This document shows, piece by piece, positions 20,754 to 29,525 of a DNA stretch of 64,000 nt. The position numbers and the translations under genes are program-made. Positions within the stretch are counted from its first letter, which is position 1. Each line of letters begins with the position of its first letter. The notes under the pieces are model-generated. The model ran no database searches. It was not told the DNA's origin and worked only from the letters and a program-made list of their open reading frames with translations. The DNA is from an uncultured Comamonas sp. (lineage in GTDB: Bacteria; Pseudomonadota; Gammaproteobacteria; Burkholderiales; Burkholderiaceae_C): contig CABIIJ010000060.1 of the NCBI GenBank assembly GCA_902175065.1, positions 2,445 to 66,444 on the forward strand. The letters run 5' to 3'.

Positions 20754-21458
20754 ATGTCCACAACACTTGCCCGCACCCGTATCAAGATCTGCGGCCTGAC
20801 ACGCGAGCAGGACGTGGATGCTGCCGTCGCCGCCGGGGCAGACGCCATCGGCTTCGTGCTCTACCCCAAAAGCCCGCGTGCCGTCACCGTCCAGCGGGCT
20901 GTCGAACTGGCCCAGCGGCTGCCACCGTTCGTCACGCCAGTGCTGCTGTTCGTCAATCCGACGCCTACGGAAGTGATAGCTGCCTGCGCTTTGGTGGCGG
21001 GCGCAACCGTGCAATTTCATGGCGATGAAACACCGCAGCAATGCTGGCAGGCCAGCGATGCCGGGCGTCTGCCCTTCCTGCGGGCCGCGCGGATTCCGCT
21101 GGGCGAGGCCGGGCGCAGCTTTGACCTATTAAAATACGCCGATCAATACTCTCAGGCCCAGGCCATCTTGCTGGACGCCCATGTGGACGGCTACGGTGGC
21201 GCGGGCCAAACCTTCAATTGGTCACTGCTTCCTCCAAACGTCGCTGCTCACCTCGTTTTGTCTGGTGGACTCACACCTGCAAACGTGACCGATGGTGTGC
21301 GCCTGCTGCGCCCGCGCTGCCGTTCGCTGGCCGTTGACGTCAGCTCCGGCGTGGAAGCCTCCGCGCCCGATGGCAGTCCCCGCAAAGGCATCAAGGATGC
21401 CGAAAAAATCCAGCAATTCGTCGCTGCCGTCCGTGCAGCCGATGCCACCCCTTTTTGA
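20754..21458 (+). CDS. trpF: Phosphoribosylanthranilate isomerase
   Basis: RIKICGLT, QFHGDE, LSGGLTPANV, VDVSSGVE; ATG 20754. Confidence 0.96.
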   Translation: MSTTLARTRIKICGLTREQDVDAAVAAGADAIGFVLYPKSPRAVTVQRAVELAQRLPPFVTPVLLFVNPTPTEVIAACALVAGATVQFHGDETPQQCWQASDAGRLPFLRAARIPLGEAGRSFDLLKYADQYSQAQAILLDAHVDGYGGAGQTFNWSLLPPNVAAHLVLSGGLTPANVTDGVRLLRPRCRSLAVDVSSGVEASAPDGSPRKGIKDAEKIQQFVAAVRAADATPF

Positions 21459-21469
21459 GCCATTGATCC

Positions 21470-22738
21470 ATGTTTGACTACCACTACCCCGACGCCGCAG
21501 GCCACTTCGGCCCCTATGGCGGCAGTTTCGCCAGCGAGACGCTGACCTTCGCCCTGAAAGAGTTGCGCGACGCCTGGGCGCACTACCAGAACGATGCCGA
21601 CTTTCAGGCCGAATACCAGCGCGAGCTGGCGCACTTCGTGGGCCGCCCCTCGCCCGTGTACCACGCCCAGCGTCTGAGCCAGGAAATCGGCGGCGCCCAG
21701 ATCTTCCTGAAGCGCGAAGACCTCAACCACACCGGCGCCCACAAGATCAACAACGTCATCGGCCAGGCCATGCTCGCCAGGCGCATGGGCAAGCCGCGCA
21801 TCATTGCCGAAACCGGTGCCGGTCAGCACGGCGTGGCCACGGCCACCATCTGCGCCCGTTACGGCCTGGAGTGCATCGTCTACATGGGCGCAGAAGACGT
21901 GAAGCGCCAAAGCCCCAACGTGTTCCGCATGAAGCTGCTGGGCGCCACCGTGGTACCGGTCGAATCCGGCAGCAAGACCCTGAAGGACGCGCTGAACGAA
22001 GCCATGCGCGACTGGGTGGCGAATGTGGACAACACCTTCTACATCATCGGCACCGTGGCCGGCCCCGCCCCCTACCCGGCAATGGTGCGCGACTTCCAGC
22101 GCGTGATCGGCGAGGAATGCCTGACGCAAATGCCCGAACTGCTGGCCAGCCTGCAACTGGCGGGCAGCCAGCCCGATGCCGTGGTGGCCTGCGTGGGCGG
22201 CGGCAGCAATGCCATGGGCATCTTCCACCCCTACATCCCCTTCGAGAACACGCGCCTGATCGGCGTGGAAGCCGCTGGCGAGGGGCTGGACACGGACAAG
22301 CACGCGGCCTCGCTGCAAAAAGGCTCCAGCGGCGTGCTGCATGGCAACCGCACCTTCATCCTGCAGGATGCGGACGGCCAGATCACCGAAACGCACAGCA
22401 TCAGCGCCGGGCTGGACTACCCCGGCGTCGGCCCGGAACACGCCTGGCTGCAGGAGCTGGGCCGCGCCCAGTACGTCGGCATCACCGATGGCGAGGCCCT
22501 GGCTGCCTTCCACCGCCTGTGCCGCACCGAAGGCATCATCCCCGCGCTGGAATCGAGCCACGCCGTGGCCTATGCCATGCAGTTGGCCCGGGAAATGCGC
22601 CCCGAGCAATCCATCCTGGTCAATCTCTCGGGCCGGGGCGACAAGGACATCGGCACCGTGGCCGACCTGTCCGGCGAAGATTTCTACGACCGCCCCTCCA
22701 TGCGTGGCCTGAAAGTCAAAGGAAGCGACAAAACATGA
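21470..22738 (+). CDS. trpB: Tryptophan synthase beta chain
   Basis: [42 protein letters not shown]. Confidence 0.98.
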   Translation: MFDYHYPDAAGHFGPYGGSFASETLTFALKELRDAWAHYQNDADFQAEYQRELAHFVGRPSPVYHAQRLSQEIGGAQIFLKREDLNHTGAHKINNVIGQAMLARRMGKPRIIAETGAGQHGVATATICARYGLECIVYMGAEDVKRQSPNVFRMKLLGATVVPVESGSKTLKDALNEAMRDWVANVDNTFYIIGTVAGPAPYPAMVRDFQRVIGEECLTQMPELLASLQLAGSQPDAVVACVGGGSNAMGIFHPYIPFENTRLIGVEAAGEGLDTDKHAASLQKGSSGVLHGNRTFILQDADGQITETHSISAGLDYPGVGPEHAWLQELGRAQYVGITDGEALAAFHRLCRTEGIIPALESSHAVAYAMQLAREMRPEQSILVNLSGRGDKDIGTVADLSGEDFYDRPSMRGLKVKGSDKT

Positions 22739-23544
22739 GCCGCATCACCGCAACATTCGACAAACTGCGCAGCGAAGGCCGCCAGGCGCTGATCCCCTTC
22801 ATCACCGCCGGGTACCCCTTTCCTGCCATCACCCCGGGCCTGATGCACGGCATGGTGGAAGCGGGCGTGGACATCATCGAGCTGGGCGTGCCCTTCTCCG
22901 ACCCGATGGCCGACGGCCCCGTCATCCAGAAAGCCGGGGAACGCGCCATTGCCAACGGCGTGAACCTGTCCAAGGTGCTGGGCTACGTGCGCGAATTCCG
23001 CCAGAAAAACCAGCACACCCCCGTGGTGCTGATGGGCTACGCCAACCCGGTGGAGCGCTACGACCAGCAGCACGGCGCCGGCGCCTTCGTGCGCGATGCC
23101 GCCGCTGCCGGACTGGACGGCATGCTGGTGGTGGACTACCCGCCGGAAGAATGCAAGGAGTTCGCTGCCCAGCTCAAGGCCCACGGCATGGACATGATCT
23201 TCCTGCTGGCCCCCACCAGCAGCGACGAGCGCATCCAGGAAATCGCCCAGGTGGCCACCGGTTACGTCTACTACGTCTCGCTCAAGGGCGTGACCGGTTC
23301 GGCGGCGCTGGACACCGACGACGTGGCCCGGATGCTGGAGCGCATCAAGCAGCACGTCCACATCCCCGTGGGCGTGGGCTTTGGCATCCGCGACGGCCAG
23401 ACCGCGCACACCGTGGCCCAGGTGGCCGATGCCGTCATCATCGGCAGCCGCATCATCCAGTTGCTGGAAGACCAGCCGCACGAGAAAGTCACCCCCCTGG
23501 CGGTGGACTTCCTGCGCGGCATCCGCAAGGCAATGGACGCATAA
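22735..23544 (+). CDS. trpA: Tryptophan synthase alpha chain
   Basis: [22 protein letters not shown]; ATG 22735 overlaps the trpB stop. Confidence 0.98.
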   Translation: MSRITATFDKLRSEGRQALIPFITAGYPFPAITPGLMHGMVEAGVDIIELGVPFSDPMADGPVIQKAGERAIANGVNLSKVLGYVREFRQKNQHTPVVLMGYANPVERYDQQHGAGAFVRDAAAAGLDGMLVVDYPPEECKEFAAQLKAHGMDMIFLLAPTSSDERIQEIAQVATGYVYYVSLKGVTGSAALDTDDVARMLERIKQHVHIPVGVGFGIRDGQTAHTVAQVADAVIIGSRIIQLLEDQPHEKVTPLAVDFLRGIRKAMDA

Positions 23545-23600
23545 TGCCGCCCTTGGCCAGTGATACCGCTGGCCGCTGTCGCTAGATTGAAGGAGGAGCC

Positions 23601-24476
23601 ATGTCCTGGCTTGAAAAGCTGCTGCCGACCAAGGCCCAAGCAACCGAACCCAAAGAGCGCCACCAGCAGATCCCCGAGGGCCTGTGGGTGAAATGCCCCT
23701 GCTGCGAATCGGTGCTGTACAAAACCGATTTGCAGAAAAACCAGAACGTCTGCCCCACCTGCAGCCACCACCACCGCATCAACGCCCGCGACCGCCTGAA
23801 CCACTTCATGGACGGCGAAGGCCGCTATGAAATCGGCCAGGAAGTCATCCCCGTCGATGCGCTGAAATTCAAGGACAGCCGCAAATACCCCGAGCGCCTG
23901 AAAGAAGCGCTGGAGAACACCGGCGAGACAGATGCCCTGGTCGTCATGGGCGGCACCGTCAAAGGCATCGAGCTGGTCGCTGCGTGCTTCGAGTTCGACT
24001 TCATGGGCGGCAGCATGGGCTCCGTCGTCGGCGAGCGCTTCTGCCGGGGCGTGGAAACCGCCATCGAACAGAAAGTGCCCTTCATCTGCTTCACCGCCAC
24101 CGGCGGCGCCCGGATGCAGGAAGGGCTGCTCTCGCTCATGCAGATGGCCAAGACCAACGCCGCGCTGACCCGCCTGGCGCAAAAAGGCCTGCCCTACATC
24201 AGCGTGCTCACCGACCCCACCATGGGCGGCGTCTCCGCCGGGTTTGCCTTTGTCGGCGACATCGTCATGGCCGAACCCAACGCCCTCATCGGCTTTGCCG
24301 GCCCGCGCGTGATTGAAACCACCGTGCGCGTCAAACTGCCCGAAGGCTTCCAACGCGCCGAATTCCTGCAGGAAAAAGGCGCGGTGGACATGATCGTCGA
24401 CCGCCGCGACCTGCGTGACCGCATCGCCAGCAGCCTGGCCATGCTGCAGCGCCTGCCTGCCGACGCCATTATCTAA
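23601..24476 (+). CDS. accD: Acetyl-CoA carboxylase carboxyltransferase beta subunit
   Basis: Zn finger CPCC...[31 protein letters not shown]. Confidence 0.97.
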   Translation: MSWLEKLLPTKAQATEPKERHQQIPEGLWVKCPCCESVLYKTDLQKNQNVCPTCSHHHRINARDRLNHFMDGEGRYEIGQEVIPVDALKFKDSRKYPERLKEALENTGETDALVVMGGTVKGIELVAACFEFDFMGGSMGSVVGERFCRGVETAIEQKVPFICFTATGGARMQEGLLSLMQMAKTNAALTRLAQKGLPYISVLTDPTMGGVSAGFAFVGDIVMAEPNALIGFAGPRVIETTVRVKLPEGFQRAEFLQEKGAVDMIVDRRDLRDRIASSLAMLQRLPADAII

Positions 24477-24498
24477 AACTTTTTTCAATAGCTATCAG

Positions 24499-24532
24499 CG
24501 CCCGCCAGGCATTGCTTTGCGGGCGTTTTTTT
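24499..24532 (+). terminator. Intrinsic terminator after accD
   Basis: CGCCCGC...GCGGGCG-T7; preceded by a family A-like half arm (AGCT 24490). Confidence 0.7.
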
Positions 24533-24545
24533 ATAAATATCTGCC

Positions 24546-25400
24546 ATGTCCGACCGCCTTGCCGTCCTGCCCCAATACCTGCTGCCCAAACAAGCCCTGA
24601 CCCGCCTGATGGGTCGCCTTGCCGGCCTGGAAGGCGGGGCCGCCACCACCGCCGTCATCCGCTGGTTCATCCAGCGCTACAACGTCAACATGGGCGAAGC
24701 GCTGGAGGCCGACCCCGCCGCGTACAAAAGCTTCAACCAGTTCTTCACCCGCCCCCTGCGCCCCGGCGTGCGCCCCCTGGCCGATGCCGACTGGATCTGC
24801 CCCGTCGATGGGGCCATCAGCCAACTGGGTGCCATCACCGGCAACGCAGGCGACCAGATTTTTCAGGCCAAGGGCCACCACTACAGCACCCAGGCCCTGG
24901 TCGGCGGCGATGCTCAACTGGCCGCGCAATTTGCCCACGGCCACTTCGCCACCATCTACTTAAGCCCGCGTGACTACCACCGCATCCACATGCCCTGCGC
25001 AGGGCGGCTGCTGCGCATGATCCACGTGCCGGGCGAGCTGTTCTCCGTCAACCCCACCACCGCCCGGGGCGTGCCCGGCCTGTTCGCCCGCAACGAGCGC
25101 GTGGTCTGCGTGTTCGAGGGCGAGTTCGGCCCCTTCGTACTGGTGCTGGTCGGCGCCACCATCGTCGGCAGCATGGCCACCGTCTGGCACGGCTTGGTCA
25201 ACCCGCCGCGCCCCGGCCAGTTGCGTGAATGGCACTACACCGACCAGCACATCCACCTGCAACGCGGCGAGGAAATGGGCCGCTTCCTGCTCGGCTCCAC
25301 CGTCGTGCTGCTCATGCCCCAGGGTGGCCTGCAATTCAACCCCGGCTGGCAAGCCGCCACCCCCGTACGCCTGGGCGAAGCCATGGCCCGGCAAGGCTGA
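24546..25400 (+). CDS. psd: Phosphatidylserine decarboxylase proenzyme
   Basis: FNQFFTR, YLSPRDYHRIH, FARNER, LLGST self-cleavage motif. Confidence 0.96.
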   Translation: MSDRLAVLPQYLLPKQALTRLMGRLAGLEGGAATTAVIRWFIQRYNVNMGEALEADPAAYKSFNQFFTRPLRPGVRPLADADWICPVDGAISQLGAITGNAGDQIFQAKGHHYSTQALVGGDAQLAAQFAHGHFATIYLSPRDYHRIHMPCAGRLLRMIHVPGELFSVNPTTARGVPGLFARNERVVCVFEGEFGPFVLVLVGATIVGSMATVWHGLVNPPRPGQLREWHYTDQHIHLQRGEEMGRFLLGSTVVLLMPQGGLQFNPGWQAATPVRLGEAMARQG

Positions 25401-25434
25401 CACACCCCGCCCGCCAACCCCACTCTGCGTACCC

Positions 25435-25473
25435 AGCGCCTGCCAGACCACGCTCTGGAGGCGCTTTTTTTTT
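25435..25473 (+). terminator. Intrinsic terminator after psd
   Basis: AGCGCCTGCCAGA...TCTGGAGGCGCT followed by a T run. Confidence 0.75.
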
Positions 25474-25490
25474 ACGCACCCTGAGCGGCC

Positions 25491-25522
25491 CGACACAGTG
25501 TGTCGCACCGGCTTCTTACAGT
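25491..25522 (+). promoter_or_regulatory. Putative WYL operator/promoter 1
   Basis: CGACA-CAGTG-TGTCG-N11-TACAGT; same layout as 27000-27031. Confidence 0.7.
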
Positions 25523-25585
25523 GGCTTGCACGGCACGGCCTTCACCGCTGCGCCTGCTGCCCACCCCTTGAATGGAAAGAAGCCC

Positions 25586-26125
25586 ATGCCCTCCTTTTGC
25601 TCCCAATGCGGCCAACCTGCCCCGGAACACGACCCCTCCTGCCTCGTGCACCGGCTAGCGCAGCAACGCCTGCCGCCCCTGGCCGAGAAAACACCCTTTG
25701 CCAATCCCGCCCCTACGCCAGCGGATAGCAGGCCTCATGCAGCCAAACCGCCCCAGCCCCAGGGCAAGACAGGCCACCGTTATTTCAGCCCCTTGAATAA
25801 ATTTATCTGGGTATTGGCTTTCGCCCCGTTGATCGGCCTGTTTCTTGAATACACCATCGCCCATCTGTTCTACAGCAGCAGTTTCAAGGCCAATGCTGCG
25901 TTTCAGGCTGGTTACTTCTTTTGGGTCACGGTCCTTCTGAATATCAAACTCTGCATGCAGGATGAAAAGCACCTGAAAAAACACGGTATCGACACCCAGC
26001 CCATCGGCGCAGCATGGCTGGTGCCCGTGTATATCTTCAAAAGAAGCAAGCACCTGCAAGACGGCCCCCTGTATTTCTACCTCTGGATTGGCAGCATGAT
26101 TGCCGCCGTTATTTTGAACGCCTGA
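25586..26125 (+). CDS. Hypothetical membrane protein with a degenerate N-terminal zinc ribbon (179 aa)
   Basis: MPSFCSQCG start, Pro-rich linker, C-terminal hydrophobic helices with WLVPVYIFKR; lower GC in the 3' part. Confidence 0.7.
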   Translation: MPSFCSQCGQPAPEHDPSCLVHRLAQQRLPPLAEKTPFANPAPTPADSRPHAAKPPQPQGKTGHRYFSPLNKFIWVLAFAPLIGLFLEYTIAHLFYSSSFKANAAFQAGYFFWVTVLLNIKLCMQDEKHLKKHGIDTQPIGAAWLVPVYIFKRSKHLQDGPLYFYLWIGSMIAAVILNA

Positions 26126-26203
26126 TCTTTTCCGAAGGCGACGCCAGCATTTTCTACAACGGCGAAATCCGGTAATCCGCCCCCATATCCAGAAAGTCCC
26201 ACC

Positions 26204-26542
26204 ATGAGTTTTTGCCGAGGCTGCGGCACCACGCTGCACGAAACCGCCCCCACCTGCCCGCACTGCGGCGCTCCTCAAAACCTGCCATCCGCCGACACCC
26301 CCGGCACGCTCTGGCTGCCCGTACCGGCGCTGGTCGTGGGCATCCTGGCGCTGCTGGCCGCCATCGGTCTGGCAGACTCCGAACTCATCGACCAGGAGGA
26401 ATACATAGGCACCCTGCTGTTCGCCGGCATCGCCATCGCCCTGGGCGCCGTCGGCACCTACCAGCAGGAAAAAGGCCGGGGCATGTCCATTGCCGGATTG
26501 GTACTGGGCAGCATCGCCCTGGTGATTGGGCTTGCAATTTGA
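26204..26542 (+). CDS. Zinc-ribbon plus 3-TM membrane protein (DUF4190-like)
   Basis: FCRGCG..CPHCG and three hydrophobic helices ending GMSIAGLVLG. Confidence 0.8.
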   Translation: MSFCRGCGTTLHETAPTCPHCGAPQNLPSADTPGTLWLPVPALVVGILALLAAIGLADSELIDQEEYIGTLLFAGIAIALGAVGTYQQEKGRGMSIAGLVLGSIALVIGLAI

Positions 26543-26633
26543 AAAAAGAGAGCTGCCAGCGCTGATATTCAGAAGATTTCAAGGATAAAAACACCTGAAA
26601 TCATTGCCAATCAAGCGCGAGCAGCTTCCTTTA
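26543..26633. repeat. Family A dyad element, copy 4
   Basis: AGCT 26551, CGCT 26560, TCAA 26579, CTGA 26595, AGCG 26614, AGCT 26623. Confidence 0.85.
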
Positions 26634-26641
26634 TCGAGAAA

Positions 26642-26896
26642 TTATTCCTCTCGCGCCGCCTGCTGCGCCAGCACGCGACGCTCTGCATCGTCCAGCACAT
26701 CCGCCACCCGCACATCCAGCGCCGCACACAGACGCAACAACATGCGCACGCTGGGGCTGCTGCGGCCCAGCTCGATCAGCGACAGGTAATTGCGATCCAT
26801 CTGCACGCGCAGGGCCAAGTCGGACTGGCTCCAGCCCCGCTCCGTCCGCAACTTGCGCAGCGCCTGCCCCAGCGCCTGATCGACCACATCGCTCAT
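26642..26896 (-). CDS. XRE-family HTH regulator (84 aa)
   Basis: LRKLRTERGWSQSDLA..YLSLIELGRSSPSV; ATG 26896. Confidence 0.9.
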   Translation of the reverse strand: MSDVVDQALGQALRKLRTERGWSQSDLALRVQMDRNYLSLIELGRSSPSVRMLLRLCAALDVRVADVLDDAERRVLAQQAAREE

Positions 26897-26928
26897 GGCG
26901 CAAGCGTGCGGCAGCTTGTGTCTCAAAA

Positions 26929-26946
26929 TGCCGTATAAATACGGCA
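26929..26946. promoter_or_regulatory. Perfect palindrome, probable XRE operator
   Basis: TGCCGTAT-AA-ATACGGCA, 33 bp upstream of the XRE start. Confidence 0.6.
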
Positions 26947-26999
26947 GAATGTGACAGACAAGCGCTTACATATCAAACATAAAGATTCTTTTAGTAACA

Positions 27000-27031
27000 C
27001 GACACAACCTGTCGCACCCCAGAACTACAGT
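27000..27031 (+). promoter_or_regulatory. Putative WYL operator/promoter 2
   Basis: CGACA-CAACC-TGTCG-N11-TACAGT, 30 bp upstream of the WYL ATG. Confidence 0.7.
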
Positions 27032-27061
27032 CCGCCACACCGCCACTCACTGGTACTGAAC

Positions 27062-27988
27062 ATGCCTCCCCGCCCCCCTGCTGCTGCCACCAACGCCAAA
27101 GACACCAAAGGCGAAAAACTCGCCCAGCGCCTGGCGCACATCATTGCCCGGCTGCACCAGGGCGAAACCATCGACAAACACCAGTTGGCGACCAAATTCG
27201 ACGTCGATGTTCGCACCATCGAACGCGACCTGCACCAGCGCCTGCAAGGCATTGCCGAACGCAACCCCCAGGGCCAATGGCAGCTCACCCTGACCGCCCA
27301 AAGCACCATCCCGGCCAGGCACCTGCACGACTACGCCCGCATGGCCGGTACCGAACACCTGTTCCCCAACAACACCCTGCCCTACCTGCTGGAACAACTG
27401 GCCACCCCCAAGCAGCGCCGCGCCACCCACGTCCAGCCCGTGCCGCATGAAGACCTGGACGGCAACACCCCCACCTTCACCGCGCTGGAAACCGCCATCG
27501 CCCAGCGCCACCTGTGCCGCTTCACCTACAAAACCAAACCGCGCAGCGCCCAGCCCTACCGCCTGATTCATAAAAACGGCGTCTGGTACCTGGCCGCCGA
27601 AGAAGCAAGCCGCCTGAAAAACTTCAGCATCGCGCTGATCGAAAACCTGCAAGTCGATACCAGCCAGCACTTCACCCCCAAGCAAACCCACCTGGAATAC
27701 ATCGCCGCCAAAGACGACGTGTGGTTTACCGAACAAACCACCGAAGTCCTGCTGCGCGTGGCCCCCGCCATCGCCCACTACTTCGCCCGCCGCCCGCTGC
27801 TGCCCCGGCAACAGCACCGCCAGGACAGCGACGGCACCCTGCTCGTCACCACCCATATCAACCACATCAACCAGTTATTGCCCGTAGTGCGCTATTGGCT
27901 GCCGCATGTGCGGATTATTCAGCCGGTGGCGTGGCAGGAAGAATTGATGAAGGGGTTGCGGGAGGTGTTGGGGCAGTGGAATCCATAA
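27062..27988 (+). CDS. WYL-domain transcriptional regulator (wHTH-WYL-WCX)
   Basis: HTH LATKFDVDVRTIERDL; PYRLIHKNGVWYLAAEE; C-terminal LLPVVRYWLPHVRIIQP; ATG 27062 preferred over GTG 26951. Confidence 0.92.
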   Translation: MPPRPPAAATNAKDTKGEKLAQRLAHIIARLHQGETIDKHQLATKFDVDVRTIERDLHQRLQGIAERNPQGQWQLTLTAQSTIPARHLHDYARMAGTEHLFPNNTLPYLLEQLATPKQRRATHVQPVPHEDLDGNTPTFTALETAIAQRHLCRFTYKTKPRSAQPYRLIHKNGVWYLAAEEASRLKNFSIALIENLQVDTSQHFTPKQTHLEYIAAKDDVWFTEQTTEVLLRVAPAIAHYFARRPLLPRQQHRQDSDGTLLVTTHINHINQLLPVVRYWLPHVRIIQPVAWQEELMKGLREVLGQWNP

Positions 27989-28011
27989 CCAGCACATAGG
28001 AGACCCACACC

Positions 28012-28332
28012 ATGCAATTCATTCTTTTTTTGCTGCTTGTATTCACCATCGGTTGTGTGATGTATGGAATTTCTGCGGGGGTGCAAGGAATTCAACAGGG
28101 CGCTAGCTGGCTGGCCAATCACAGCCACGACGACAACACCAACCAACTCCAATCTACTAAGCACTCCAACACCACAGACAGTAACGAGCAAGCCTCCAAT
28201 ACTGCACACGGCATTGAAGAACTACAGACGCTTTTTGCCCTACATCAACAAGGCGCACTGACTTCGCAAGAGTTTCAAGAAATGAAAAAGCACTTGCTGC
28301 TCTCCCTTCGCTCCAAACAGCATGGTCACTAA
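28012..28332 (+). CDS. Membrane-anchored SHOCT-domain protein
   Basis: N-terminal TM helix; C-terminal IEELQTLFALHQQGALTSQEFQEMKKHLL; RBS AGGAG. Confidence 0.8.
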   Translation: MQFILFLLLVFTIGCVMYGISAGVQGIQQGASWLANHSHDDNTNQLQSTKHSNTTDSNEQASNTAHGIEELQTLFALHQQGALTSQEFQEMKKHLLLSLRSKQHGH

Positions 28333-28368
28333 AAGCCATTTTTGATTCTCTCCTCTGAAAGATTTTCT

Positions 28369-29334
28369 ATGACTATTCCACTTATTATCGGACTCGCTAC
28401 CACCGCTCATCTTGCCAAAAAGGGCTATGATAATTATCAAAAAAATTCAGAAGCCGATGAAATCATCAAAGAAGCTAATACTCGATATGAGAGCAAAAAA
28501 AACTTTTGTAATGAAAAAGAGAAAGAAGCACGAACAGCTCTTGAACTGCTTGAAAAAAAAGTGCTAAAGATTAGTGAAAGTTTCTCCAAAATAAAAATTT
28601 TAACCAACACTCTTATTGATCAAGATAATATAGAGCAAATAAATAAAACAAACATCAACATTTTAAAATATAAACTACAAAAAATCAACAACTACAGTCA
28701 TTCTTCCATTAATTTATCCACAACCAATTTTATATTTCCCTCACTAAATATTGAATCACTCGTTGGTGATAGTTTTGGCATTTCTGGCTTGCTGAGAACC
28801 GTCGTTACTTCGCCTGCTTTCACCATTGCCAGCCGGACTTATAACAGCCATGGTGACGAAGCCTTAGAAAATTCCTACAAAGACCGCGAAGAGATCAACA
28901 GCGCGATTCGAGAACTCATCAAAAATGCTCAAAAATTTGAAGAAACCGCAAATTATGCCAACAAAATAATAAATGAACTAACCAATAGTTTTGATAAATT
29001 TCAGCAATACTTTGAGAAACTCAAAAATATCAACGATTTTATCGAACAAAGTGAAAAAATCAATATTAACACTGATGCTTCTTTGAAAAATCTAAATAAC
29101 CAATCTTTATCCATCATTCAAAATGGTTATTTAATCGCCACTATTTTGGCAGACGTCATCGCCATTCCCTTCTTCATGCTTCAAAAATCCAATAACGCTG
29201 TTCTATGCAATGAAGATGGCGTACCCGAAATGGCGAAAGATGCCGATGGCTCCCTGATTATTAACAAAGCGGAAATAGACGCATCTTTAGATAAAGCAAA
29301 ATTTGACGCCAGTCTAATAATGGACATTATTTAA
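28369..29334 (+). CDS. Hypothetical helical protein A (321 aa), paralogue of 31127-32125
   Basis: Open AT-rich ORF; MTIPLIIG start; shared block PAFTIA...GDEALENSY. Confidence 0.8.
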   Translation: MTIPLIIGLATTAHLAKKGYDNYQKNSEADEIIKEANTRYESKKNFCNEKEKEARTALELLEKKVLKISESFSKIKILTNTLIDQDNIEQINKTNINILKYKLQKINNYSHSSINLSTTNFIFPSLNIESLVGDSFGISGLLRTVVTSPAFTIASRTYNSHGDEALENSYKDREEINSAIRELIKNAQKFEETANYANKIINELTNSFDKFQQYFEKLKNINDFIEQSEKININTDASLKNLNNQSLSIIQNGYLIATILADVIAIPFFMLQKSNNAVLCNEDGVPEMAKDADGSLIINKAEIDASLDKAKFDASLIMDII

Positions 29335-29525
29335 TCAGCATAATTTACAACTCCTGGATAGTGTCGTATTTTTAATTATTCAATAAATAAAATATGCAAA
29401 CCTCTTATGCCCCTCAGCAACAGCACCACGAAGACAGCGACGGATCTCTGTTCATTAACACTCATATCAACCAGTTACTACCCTTCGTGCGCTCTTGACT
29501 GACGCATATACAGATTAAAGCCCCT

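Noticed and set aside
29349-29385. Third WYL site (TGTCGTAT half site) upstream of protein B
   Set aside because: Left half site is absent and the -10 spacing does not match; the AT-rich context makes chance matches likely
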